From a virus, in IMG/VR virus record IMGVR_UViG_3300047457_000500, positions 32,001 to 96,000 of that record: DNA of 64,000 nt, one strand, 5' to 3'. The stretch's first letter is position 1; the number at the start of each line of letters is the position of its first letter. The position numbers and the translations under genes are program-made. The notes under the pieces are model-generated. The model saw only the letters and a list, made by a program, of their open reading frames with translations, made no database searches and had not been told where the DNA came from. Positions 40,600 through 48,576 of this stretch are shown here, piece by piece.

Positions 40600-41286
40600 A
40601 TGGCAAATATCGATCCTTTAGTACCGCACACAGAGAAGCATTTCTTTACTGATGAAGAATACGGCATGATTTATGACACAATAAAAAAGACTATCGATCT
40701 TGGTGTTGCTGAAGCAAACGATCCATGGTTACATTTCCGTAAAAACACAAATAATGGATTTTTAGTTATATTCTTTAGTGAGCGTCGCAATGGACCACTA
40801 CCAGGATTGCCTAAGCAAGTAGAAGATAAGATTAGACAAAAGTTTGAAGAGAAAACAGGTGGACCTGTAGATCACATAGGTGTATTGTGGGCTAGATATA
40901 CGCCATTGAGTGGAGAGATTCCATCTTTATACCCGCACCAAGATAGATCAGAAACACATACAGCGTATATGTTTACAATTGAATTAGATAAAACTCTTGA
41001 TTGGGACTTCTATGTTGAAGATGAAAAGTTCCAAATGGAAAAAAACCAAGCAGTGTGGTTCTCTGGTACAAACCAAGCACACTGGAGACCAGATAGACAT
41101 TTTGGTGAAGAAGATTATTATGACATCTTGTTATGTCAAACACATCATGGAGAAGATGACAATCCTTTATCTGAAGAACATTATTTAGATGGAGACGATC
41201 ATGCTACTGAGGTTGCCCAGAAGTATGCTCATCTTCTACCCGAAACACTTTTGAAAGCATCTCGCCTTCAGGGTCCCTGCCAGTAG
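40600..41286 (+). CDS. 2OG-Fe(II) oxygenase-like (H.D...HWR family)
   Basis: ARY...PSLYPHQD...ELD...W...NQAVWFSGTNQAHWR. Confidence 0.65.
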   Translation: MANIDPLVPHTEKHFFTDEEYGMIYDTIKKTIDLGVAEANDPWLHFRKNTNNGFLVIFFSERRNGPLPGLPKQVEDKIRQKFEEKTGGPVDHIGVLWARYTPLSGEIPSLYPHQDRSETHTAYMFTIELDKTLDWDFYVEDEKFQMEKNQAVWFSGTNQAHWRPDRHFGEEDYYDILLCQTHHGEDDNPLSEEHYLDGDDHATEVAQKYAHLLPETLLKASRLQGPCQ

Positions 41287-41367
41287 TGTGATCTTTTTCT
41301 GATCTACAACTGCATCCATCACAACAAAAATCTGAAAAAATTTTGAATGCCAAACTATTATTTTCTG

Positions 41368-41529
41368 TCATATTGAAGTCCATCCTTGTGCTGTAGCCTT
41401 TCCGCTTGCTATCCAGTCACGATGTAACTCATGCTGAAAAGTCCAATTGGTCTCATGTGTATCCCGCCCACAATTATGGCAAAAATCTGAATTTATATCT
41501 TTATACACATGATCACAATATTTAGACAT
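41368..41529 (-). CDS. Small Cys/His protein
   Basis: MSKYCDH...C..CG..THE; leaderless behind TGGTATAAT. Confidence 0.45.
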   Translation of the reverse strand: MSKYCDHVYKDINSDFCHNCGRDTHETNWTFQHELHRDWIASGKATAQGWTSI

Positions 41530-41667
41530 AAAACCATTATACCAAAAATCTGAATTTTTTTCTTAAATGTACGATACATAATATATAAAAATAAAACAAA
41601 AAAAAATAGTGAGCACATATTTAGCGATCAAAATATATGTGCCCACTAGTAGGGGAAGGTTTTATTC

Positions 41668-41859
41668 CTATACTGGTACTTCCATTTTTCCAAATAGCCA
41701 CCCGTTGTGTATTCCAATGAGTGGTGCGTCTATACAAACCGCATAACCTATTGGCAAAGAGTCTGAGAATGTAGAAATAAAAGTTTCTACTGTTTCCTTG
41801 TTAGGGAGATTTATTGTCTTAGTTTCTCCGTTAGTTGTTGTTAGTCTGATTGGTATCAT
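41668..41859 (-). CDS. Hypothetical early protein
   Basis: ORF with SD AGGAG. Confidence 0.55.
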   Translation of the reverse strand: MIPIRLTTTNGETKTINLPNKETVETFISTFSDSLPIGYAVCIDAPLIGIHNGWLFGKMEVPV

Positions 41860-41982
41860 TGTTATTTTCTCCTAGTTCTATTTTATACCTTGTTTTGTAA
41901 TGGCTTCTATCATAGTTGGCAATAGTACCATATTTCTTGATGTGTGCGAGTCTTTTTAGTTGTTCCTCGCTATACCCTGCCA

Positions 41983-42093
41983 CTATTCAACACACTCGCA
42001 AGGTTCTACCGCATAGTCATTTTCATCACCAATAAAAATAACTCCTTGTCCATAGCATGATGAGCAATCTATAATTTGTACTGAGTTTATCAT
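41983..42093 (-). CDS. Small Zn-finger-like protein
   Basis: MINSVQIIDCSSCYGQG...PCEC; SD GAAAGGA; resembles 44782..44991. Confidence 0.55.
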   Translation of the reverse strand: MINSVQIIDCSSCYGQGVIFIGDENDYAVEPCECVE

Positions 42094-42141
42094 TTCTTAT
42101 CCTTTCGTTTCAATAATCTTAGCATAGGGCACTGACAAGGG

Positions 42142-42318
42142 TTAGCCTTGCCAATGTTGAGAGTCATCACCCTCATCTACTCTAACAGTTTCGATAGTGT
42201 AGCCCCAACGGACTAGGCTATCTAGCAAGTCATTTATTTGATACTCGCTAACCATGAGGCGATTTACTACCTCTACTAGTGTGCCGTCTTTTTCGGCTGT
42301 ATAACTTAAAGTTTTCAT
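42142..42318 (-). CDS. Hypothetical early protein (58 aa)
   Basis: MKTLSYTAEKDG...; SD AGAAAGGA. Confidence 0.6.
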   Translation of the reverse strand: MKTLSYTAEKDGTLVEVVNRLMVSEYQINDLLDSLVRWGYTIETVRVDEGDDSQHWQG

Positions 42319-42337
42319 TTTCTAATCCTTTCTAAAA

Positions 42338-42454
42338 TTAGTGCTTAGAGCAATCGTGAGTTTTGTAAACTTGGAAACCCCATACTGGGCAAACCTTGTA
42401 ATCTGCTGGGTTCACTATCATGTAATCGTTTCTGCTTTCGTAAATTGTGTTCAT
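42338..42454 (-). CDS. Hypothetical early protein (38 aa)
   Basis: MNTIYESRNDY...; SD AGAAAGGA and own promoter. Confidence 0.55.
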   Translation of the reverse strand: MNTIYESRNDYMIVNPADYKVCPVWGFQVYKTHDCSKH

Positions 42455-42550
42455 TTACTTATCCTTTCTTTTTCTATCTTTCTAGGAGTATCCTAACACC
42501 TACCACTGACATTTTGGGGTGTCTGTGGGGTGTGTCCCCTGTGATGTGTA

Positions 42551-42763
42551 TCACTCGAAGAATACAGCACCTCTAACATTTTTGTGATTTACACAAACAT
42601 TTCCACGAGGGATTTCCACATGGCATTTGAAGCATAGCATTTTGACTTCTGCTTTTGTAACTATTGCTAATTCTAAATCTAGCAATTCGCTACTAGTAGC
42701 ATTTTCTAACGATACCCAACCAGCACCGTTTTCATCTAATCTAAACATTTCTAATGTAGCCAT
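42551..42763 (-). CDS. Hypothetical early protein (C..C...C..H)
   Basis: ORF with SD AGAAAGGTGG and own promoter. Confidence 0.6.
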   Translation of the reverse strand: MATLEMFRLDENGAGWVSLENATSSELLDLELAIVTKAEVKMLCFKCHVEIPRGNVCVNHKNVRGAVFFE

Positions 42764-43148
42764 TTTGTGACCACCTTTCTTTCTAATCTAAAACTTATCT
42801 TGATACCTAGTATCCTAACACCTACCACTGACAAATTGGGGGTAACAATTCGGACATTTGGTATATTTGGGATTGTGAGTTACCTCACATTTTTTAGGCC
42901 ACTATTTATTTTTTATAGGAGTATCCTAACATATAAATCTAAAAAAGTCAACACGACACGCCGTATTTCTAGATAACATTTTCATAACGACACGCCCGAC
43001 AGCGTCGGCAAATGTCCGTTTTGTCCGATTTACGTTTATGTGATTATGCTCACAAAAATAAATCCCCGACACGCCCGAAAAACAGGCTAATTTGTCAGTC
43101 CCCCCTGTTAGAATACTAGTATTAGAAAATAAAGAAAGGTGGTCTAAA

Positions 43149-43328
43149 ATGACTACACTAAGAGAAATAGAAAATCTAGGCTTTTGCCTAACCGATAATA
43201 TCTGTGTGTTTTGCTCACACACTATGGACGGGTGGGATCGTGTATGCGTACCCTGTAACGAATATAAAGGCGTGATGAATATCGTTTCCGCCGTAGGCTA
43301 CTATGGGAAAGATATTCTTCCCGTGTGA
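43149..43328 (+). CDS. Small Cys-rich early protein
   Basis: CVFC...C.PCNEYKG; SD AGAAAGGTGG. Confidence 0.6.
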   Translation: MTTLREIENLGFCLTDNICVFCSHTMDGWDRVCVPCNEYKGVMNIVSAVGYYGKDILPV

Positions 43329-43430
43329 GCCACCTCACAAAAATAAATAAAATCTAACGGCGTGTCGCCTTGAAAATGTCAGCCAAAAATGCTAAAATTA
43401 CAGAGTAATAAAATGAAAGAAGGTAAAAAT

Positions 43431-43631
43431 ATGTCAGCAAATGTGTATCCAATCCAAGCCCTACTAATTGGTAAGGCTTATCGCTCTCGCTCTATTCAGG
43501 GAATTATTGAGGACGCAGAGCCTCGCCCTAATGTATGGTATAAAGGCGCAGATGCCTACGCCGTTCGTGTTCGTCCTGTAAATGGTGCTCGTGATGAATG
43601 GCGCACTCTAGCCGTAAAGGTTGGTGAGTAA
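43431..43631 (+). CDS. Hypothetical early protein (paralog of 44516..44731)
   Basis: Y.I..LL.G..Y...G.I..AE.R..VW....AYA.R...W.T.AV. Confidence 0.6.
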   Translation: MSANVYPIQALLIGKAYRSRSIQGIIEDAEPRPNVWYKGADAYAVRVRPVNGARDEWRTLAVKVGE

Positions 43632-43745
43632 TGAAACTAGATGAATTCAAAGCCTATATTGAGGCACAGCGCAAAGCGCAACAATTGACAAACTTAGAGA
43701 AAATCGCTAAAATTATAACAACAGAAAAGAAAGGTAACTAAATAA

Positions 43746-44009
43746 ATGACTACTACTAATTACACAGACTATAAATTTTCCGTCAATGGCGTAAAGTTTA
43801 TTTCAAGAATAAATGCTAACTCTCCATTCGCAGGCTCTCTCGCAAAACTTCCTTCGCAGGTTGTTATCGATATGAATGTTCAAGCCGTAACGGAATTAGT
43901 TGGTGACGCTTCTAAATTTACTCGTGATGAGTTATTGGAAGAATTAGAAAGAGTAAATGACGGCGGAACTCATGCATTCATTCTACTAGATGAAGAGGTG
44001 AGTGCATGA
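43746..44009 (+). CDS. Hypothetical early protein
   Basis: ORF with SD AGAAAGG. Confidence 0.6.
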   Translation: MTTTNYTDYKFSVNGVKFISRINANSPFAGSLAKLPSQVVIDMNVQAVTELVGDASKFTRDELLEELERVNDGGTHAFILLDEEVSA

Positions 44010-44197
44010 GCCTAACAAAAACACACTTCAAGGCTATCGCCTCAATTCTAAATGATGTCAAAGAAGAAATTCATCCGCAAGTCTATGAGGATTTAGTAGA
44101 AGGATTTTCAACTTATTTCGGAACAAAAAACGAAATGTTCGATAAAGCAAAATTTGAAACCGCTTGCGGTGTTGATGAGTTAGGAATAATTGCATGA
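44006..44197 (+). CDS. Hypothetical early protein
   Basis: T.THF.AIA.IL...N..FD..KF..AC, a common small phage motif. Confidence 0.6.
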   Translation: MSLTKTHFKAIASILNDVKEEIHPQVYEDLVEGFSTYFGTKNEMFDKAKFETACGVDELGIIA

Positions 44198-44383
44198 TTA
44201 GATTTCTAACTACACTTGTTCAAATTGGTTTAGTTCTTTCAATTTATTTTATAATAAAACTTGCCAAAGAATAAAATCAAATTTTCAAAATGTGAAATCT
44301 GCGGTAGAATTTTTATCGCAGATCTAAAATGTTTTGTGTGTGCTGCTAAACAATAGTTGAAATTTCAACAAGTTGCCGACCAC

Positions 44384-44404
44384 TTATCCACAGGGTTATC
44401 CACA
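44384..44404 (+). promoter_or_regulatory. Two perfect tandem DnaA boxes
   Basis: TTATCCACA at 44384-92 and 44396-404, intergenic, next to palindrome GTTGAAATTTCAAC (44356-69) and a Crp box. Confidence 0.65.
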
Positions 44405-44515
44405 ATGTGAATTACGTTACAATAAAAAAATTTCCCAGATTTTACGGCGTGTCGTTTTGATTTTGTCAGTCCTAGATGATAGGATTACAGAGTAATAAAA
44501 TGAAAGGAAAACTAA

Positions 44516-44731
44516 ATGAGAAGTTACTCTATTGAAGATTTGTTGGTAGGGCAATACTATAAGCCTACCTCTCTAGCCCGTAGATTTATGGGGGGAGAAA
44601 TAAATTTTGCTGAAAAGCGTGATGATGTTTGGGTAGGCACAGACTATCAAGCCTACGCAATTCGTTATCGTGTTGGACAGTCCCTAAAGACTGATTGGGC
44701 TACTATTGCCGTTCGTGTGTCTGATTTGTAA
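44516..44731 (+). CDS. Hypothetical early protein
   Basis: Paralog of 43431..43631; SD GAAAGGA. Confidence 0.6.
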   Translation: MRSYSIEDLLVGQYYKPTSLARRFMGGEINFAEKRDDVWVGTDYQAYAIRYRVGQSLKTDWATIAVRVSDL

Positions 44732-44781
44732 ATGTCAGACCAATATGCTAAGATTTCAGTATCAAAAGAAAGGATATAAAA

Positions 44782-44991
44782 ATGGATAAATTGGAATACG
44801 CACTACGCACTATCGCTAATTGCGATTTGTGTTATGGTCAAGGTTATAATGGTTGGGCTATTGGCGAGGACTATGATATGGAGGATTGTATTTGTAATCC
44901 TTATGGTCTAATCCTTGAAAATGGCGAAGTTATTTTTGATAATGGCTTACTAAGTGAGCCTGAACTATTCACAACGCAGGAGGCTTACTAA
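44782..44991 (+). CDS. Small Zn-finger-like early protein
   Basis: C..C.GQG...C.CNP. Confidence 0.6.
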   Translation: MDKLEYALRTIANCDLCYGQGYNGWAIGEDYDMEDCICNPYGLILENGEVIFDNGLLSEPELFTTQEAY

Positions 44992-44992
44992 T

Positions 44993-45277
44993 ATGGGAAG
45001 TAATTTTGCTAATGATTTGGCTTTGGCTGATAATCTAACTATTGAAACTCAGATTGAAATACACCTGAAGTCTAATCACTATCCACCCGTTCCGTCTTTC
45101 ATGGTGCCTACTTGTATTGAGGCTATTGACGCTGTAAATGACGCAGGGCTTTGGCACTTAGAAATACCTCTACCTGAAGGGGTATTGTATAAGGGTAATT
45201 TGACTACCGCACCAGCACACGCTATTATTGACCAACACCACCTTGAAGCGTGGCTTATTGAAAGAGAGGAATACTAA
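44993..45277 (+). CDS. Hypothetical early protein
   Basis: HL..NHYPPVP...I..HHL..W. Confidence 0.6.
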   Translation: MGSNFANDLALADNLTIETQIEIHLKSNHYPPVPSFMVPTCIEAIDAVNDAGLWHLEIPLPEGVLYKGNLTTAPAHAIIDQHHLEAWLIEREEY

Positions 45278-45278
45278 A

Positions 45279-45488
45279 ATGGAATACAACTATGTTCTAA
45301 CAACTTACTATGACGGAGAATTATTTTCTACTCATAGAATTAGCGACTTCATGGAAGCGCATGAGGCGTGGGCTAAATGTGTAGACTACGGCAACGCTAC
45401 CATGTTCGCAACTTATAATCTTACAGACCCAACAGGTAAAATGTATACAAAAAACTTTTATTCTGATGGCAGAGTAGAGATTAGATAA
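45279..45488 (+). CDS. Hypothetical early protein
   Basis: ORF with SD GAGGA. Confidence 0.55.
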   Translation: MEYNYVLTTYYDGELFSTHRISDFMEAHEAWAKCVDYGNATMFATYNLTDPTGKMYTKNFYSDGRVEIR

Positions 45489-45716
45489 ATGTCTGCTACA
45501 ATAAATGACATGGAACTAGTATTCGCTGATTATCTTTTGCCAAACCAATTGGCAGAAGGTGATCTAGTAAAGATTGAAGATCAATTTGTAACAGTAAAAA
45601 CAATCATGGAAGCAAGTAATGGTTATCATTTAGTTTTGCTTGATGACTTTGATGATGAAGTTGAAGCATTTGTTTTAGATGATGACAAAATTGAATGGTA
45701 CGTTTTTGTAGAGTAA
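45489..45716 (+). CDS. Hypothetical acidic early protein
   Basis: L.EGD.V SH3-like pattern. Confidence 0.55.
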   Translation: MSATINDMELVFADYLLPNQLAEGDLVKIEDQFVTVKTIMEASNGYHLVLLDDFDDEVEAFVLDDDKIEWYVFVE

Positions 45717-45957
45717 AAGTGCCCGACTCGATTTGCACTAAATGTCCGTTTTACGTAGTTTGTTAAGAACCTCCCTATTTGATTTTCTAATATTTTTATG
45801 ATATTATTATTTCATGTTTAGAAAAAGCAAAGAGGAATTAAGGCGTATTCAAGAATTACGCAGATCTAACGCTGCCTCTGCCTTGCCAAACAAAAAGGCC
45901 TATACTAGACAAAGCAGCAAAAAAATGTTAGAATTAGAAAAGAAAGAAAGGCCCTAA

Positions 45958-46677
45958 ATGAAACTAAAGCGCAGCAATGATAGGAAAGTAGCAAATGCAG
46001 TCTCCCCAAATGGAAAAACCCCAACAATCGCAAACACTTTTGGATTACCTAGTGGTAAGGCTTACTCATGTCCTGGTGAGACCTCTGTATGCAGCAAAGT
46101 ATGCTACGCAGGAAAACTTGAAAAAATCTACAAAGGTGTAAGAGATACCCTATTACATAACTGGAATTTATTGAAAGACGCAGACCATGACACTATGGAA
46201 GAGTTGCTCATGGAAATGATAGAAGACTTCAAAAAAGACTGTGATAAGCGTGAGGCTCCTAAACTATTTCGTATTCACTGGGACGGTGATTTCTTTTCGG
46301 ATGAGTACGCATTCGCCTGGAAGCATGTTGTGCTAAATAATCCTGATGTTCAATTCTGGGTATACACTCGTGTGGCTTCCGCTGCTAATATGCTCAAGAA
46401 TATTGAAAACCTAAGTTTATATTTCTCTGCAGATAGTGAGAATATCAAAACCGCTGTAGAGTTAAAACAAACTCATGGCATTCGTATGGCATACCTTGCA
46501 CAAAATTTTGCTGCAGGACAAGAAAAAATGAAAGAACTTATTTCTAAACCTGGAGCAAAGTGTCCTGAAAATGCAAAACGCATTCCGCTTATTTCTACTA
46601 ATGGAAGTGCGTGTGTGTCATGTGGGTTGTGTGTTTATAACAAGTCTGATATAGTATTCTCTGCTAGTAAAAAATAG
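45958..46677 (+). CDS. GP88-like Cys-rich protein
   Basis: SCPG...CS.VCYA, FRIHWDGDF, FW.YTR, NL....S.D, CP....C..C.LC. Confidence 0.7.
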   Translation: MKLKRSNDRKVANAVSPNGKTPTIANTFGLPSGKAYSCPGETSVCSKVCYAGKLEKIYKGVRDTLLHNWNLLKDADHDTMEELLMEMIEDFKKDCDKREAPKLFRIHWDGDFFSDEYAFAWKHVVLNNPDVQFWVYTRVASAANMLKNIENLSLYFSADSENIKTAVELKQTHGIRMAYLAQNFAAGQEKMKELISKPGAKCPENAKRIPLISTNGSACVSCGLCVYNKSDIVFSASKK

Positions 46678-46906
46678 GAGTTGAAATGAAAATGCAATAT
46701 GTATTCTTAGCATGGTTCGTATTGTTATTTTTTATTTATCAATAGATCCCCCGCAAAAGTGGTCGGCCCCTAAACCTTAGATTTGTCAAGTTACGACGCT
46801 GTGATTAAGGACACAGGAAAAAACCTCATAAAATGCCATAAACGATTTGTATTTCTTGTATTTTTTTGCTAAACTTATACTATAACGACAACAGAAAGGA
46901 AACGAA

Positions 46907-47074
46907 ATGACACTAGGCGGATACACTTATCAGGTAGGCGATTTATTCACCACCTCTAAGACAGGAGTTACAGGACGAATTGAAAAGTTTGTTCCTATCT
47001 CTCGTAATGTTACCAGAGTCATGCTACGCTTGGCAAATAACCAACAGCGTTTTGCTATGGTCAAAACACACTAA
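46907..47074 (+). CDS. Small SH3-like protein (paralog of 47171..47338)
   Basis: MTLGGYTYQVGDLFTTSKTGVTGRIEK; SD AGAAAGGA. Confidence 0.6.
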   Translation: MTLGGYTYQVGDLFTTSKTGVTGRIEKFVPISRNVTRVMLRLANNQQRFAMVKTH

Positions 47075-47170
47075 TCTCAAAATATGAGAAATCTCAGAAA
47101 TAACTTGACGAGAAATCTCAAAAATGCTAAAATTGAATATATCAACAACCAACTAACAAAGGAGAAAGAA

Positions 47171-47338
47171 ATGGCAGTAAATAACGCAACTTACAAGGTA
47201 GGCGACACCTACACCTCACAGAAGTCAAAGGTCACAGGTGTTATCACAGAAATCAAGCCAAACACAGACGGAACAAGCGTTCGTGTGAAACTTGATGTCA
47301 ATGGCTCACCTCGCTGGACTACTTGGACAGCAAAGTAA
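47171..47338 (+). CDS. Small SH3-like protein
   Basis: TYKVGDTYTSQKSKVTGVITEI; SD AAGGAG. Confidence 0.65.
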   Translation: MAVNNATYKVGDTYTSQKSKVTGVITEIKPNTDGTSVRVKLDVNGSPRWTTWTAK

Positions 47339-47353
47339 TTCCTAAACAGGAAA

Positions 47354-47382
47354 AGTCCTGAGCATGACTACTAAAACTGCTC
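47354..47382 (+). ncRNA. H-type pseudoknot motif, copy 1
   Basis: AGTC-CTGAGCAT-GACT-ACTAAAAC-TGCTC. Confidence 0.75.
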
Positions 47383-47418
47383 ATAACAACAAACAACGAA
47401 AGAAAAGGAAAATAACAA

Positions 47419-47841
47419 ATGGCACGACAAAAAGCAATTAGCGTGAAAATCGCTACAACCAAAGTTATCAAGGCTTTGGAAACTAAGTTAGCACAAATCA
47501 AGAAAGATAAGGCTAACCAAAAAACTAACGAGGAGAAGTATCAGAAGGCTCACGAAAAGTGGCTAAAAGATGTTGCTAAACTTTCTCTCGCTCAAATCTC
47601 AAAGGCAGAAAACCTACGAGCAAGCACACGCTACAATGGCATGGTAAATGTAGATTTTGATTTGCCTAAGTCTGTGGTAGCAGATTTCCCTGCTGAACCT
47701 GAAAAGGATTTTGAGACTTTTCATGAGTGGCAGTATAAGGAAATGGTTGAGGAAATTGAGAACGCAATTCGTATTCTCAAGATGACAGATGAGGAAGTAG
47801 TTTCTACTTCTACTTACAACGCTATCGCTAGATACTTGTAA
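47419..47841 (+). CDS. Hypothetical coiled-coil early protein
   Basis: 140-aa ORF, SD AAAGGA. Confidence 0.65.
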   Translation: MARQKAISVKIATTKVIKALETKLAQIKKDKANQKTNEEKYQKAHEKWLKDVAKLSLAQISKAENLRASTRYNGMVNVDFDLPKSVVADFPAEPEKDFETFHEWQYKEMVEEIENAIRILKMTDEEVVSTSTYNAIARYL

Positions 47842-47912
47842 TTTGGTTGGGGGAGGGTATTTGACTCCCCCACTAATAAATGCTATGATTAGATAATACG
47901 AAAGGATAAGCC

Positions 47913-48326
47913 ATGGAAACAACTAACATTCATAACGTCACTGAGGAATTTTTAAAAACTCAGATTACACAAAAAGATGAACGAATTCAGGTCCTGGAAG
48001 AGCATGTACAGCGTGTAACACAGCGTGACTACGCTACCGCTGGAAAACTGCAGGCAATGCGAGACGGTCTACACGAGTGGACTATGACTGAATTAGAAAA
48101 TAATGGAATCACAGAGGAGCAGGCTACTGAACTTTCTGAGATTGGTGGATTTGAACTTACAAAAGAAGTAGAGGCTGAAGTTACAGTCCGCTACTGGATT
48201 ACTCTTCAGATTCCTGCAGGAGAAGACGCAGAGTCTGTAATCAATGATATTGATTTCGACGCAATTACATATGATACTGATGTGATAACACATGTTAGTT
48301 CATCTGTAGACAGTATCGATATCTAA
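47913..48326 (+). CDS. Hypothetical acidic early protein
   Basis: 137-aa ORF with own promoter (TTGACT...TGCTATGAT). Confidence 0.65.
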   Translation: METTNIHNVTEEFLKTQITQKDERIQVLEEHVQRVTQRDYATAGKLQAMRDGLHEWTMTELENNGITEEQATELSEIGGFELTKEVEAEVTVRYWITLQIPAGEDAESVINDIDFDAITYDTDVITHVSSSVDSIDI

Positions 48327-48332
48327 CAATCT

Positions 48333-48437
48333 TCCTGGCCTTCATGAAAGGGGCCAGGATCTGCAAGCATCGCTCTTCTTTCATCCTTTCTTTCAAAGAG
48401 CATGCAAGGGACCTGAGCACGTCCACGTAAACTGCTC
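48333..48437 (+). ncRNA. Structured intergenic RNA: hairpin, anti-SD-loop hairpin and pseudoknot copy 2
   Basis: TCCTGGCC/GGCCAGGA; GCAT.GCTCTT/AAGAGCATGC with loop CTTTCATCCTTTCTTTCA; GGAC-CTGAGCAC-GTCC-ACGTAAAC-TGCTC. Confidence 0.65.
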
Positions 48438-48576
48438 ATTTTTTATTGAAAAAGTGGTCGGGCGATTTGTCCTATATGTCCGATTTACGAATTATGATCA
48501 TATTCCCCAATCCTGGATTTGCTTTTGTCACCCCATTGTGCTAAACTTTAGATAACAAAACAGAAAGGAAATAAAA

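Larger units (their letters stand above)
42540..46815. promoter_or_regulatory. Six Crp/GlxR-type boxes TGTGA-N6-TCACA
   Basis: Perfect at 42874-89, 43039-54, 43324-39; one mismatch at 42540-55, 44406-21, 46800-15. Confidence 0.75.
42116..48547. promoter_or_regulatory. Eight early promoters TGTCA(G/C)-N7-TGN-TANRMT
   Basis: First T of TGTC at + 43093, 43377, 44464, 44733, 48526 and - 42137, 42511, 42833; always 16 nt before the -10 hexamer. Several have TTG-type -35 at 17-bp spacing. Confidence 0.85.

Noticed and set aside
47354-47382. Pseudoknot as a canonical preQ1-I riboswitch
   Set aside because: Lacks the conserved preQ1 loop sequence, sits 3' of genes, and no queuosine genes are nearby
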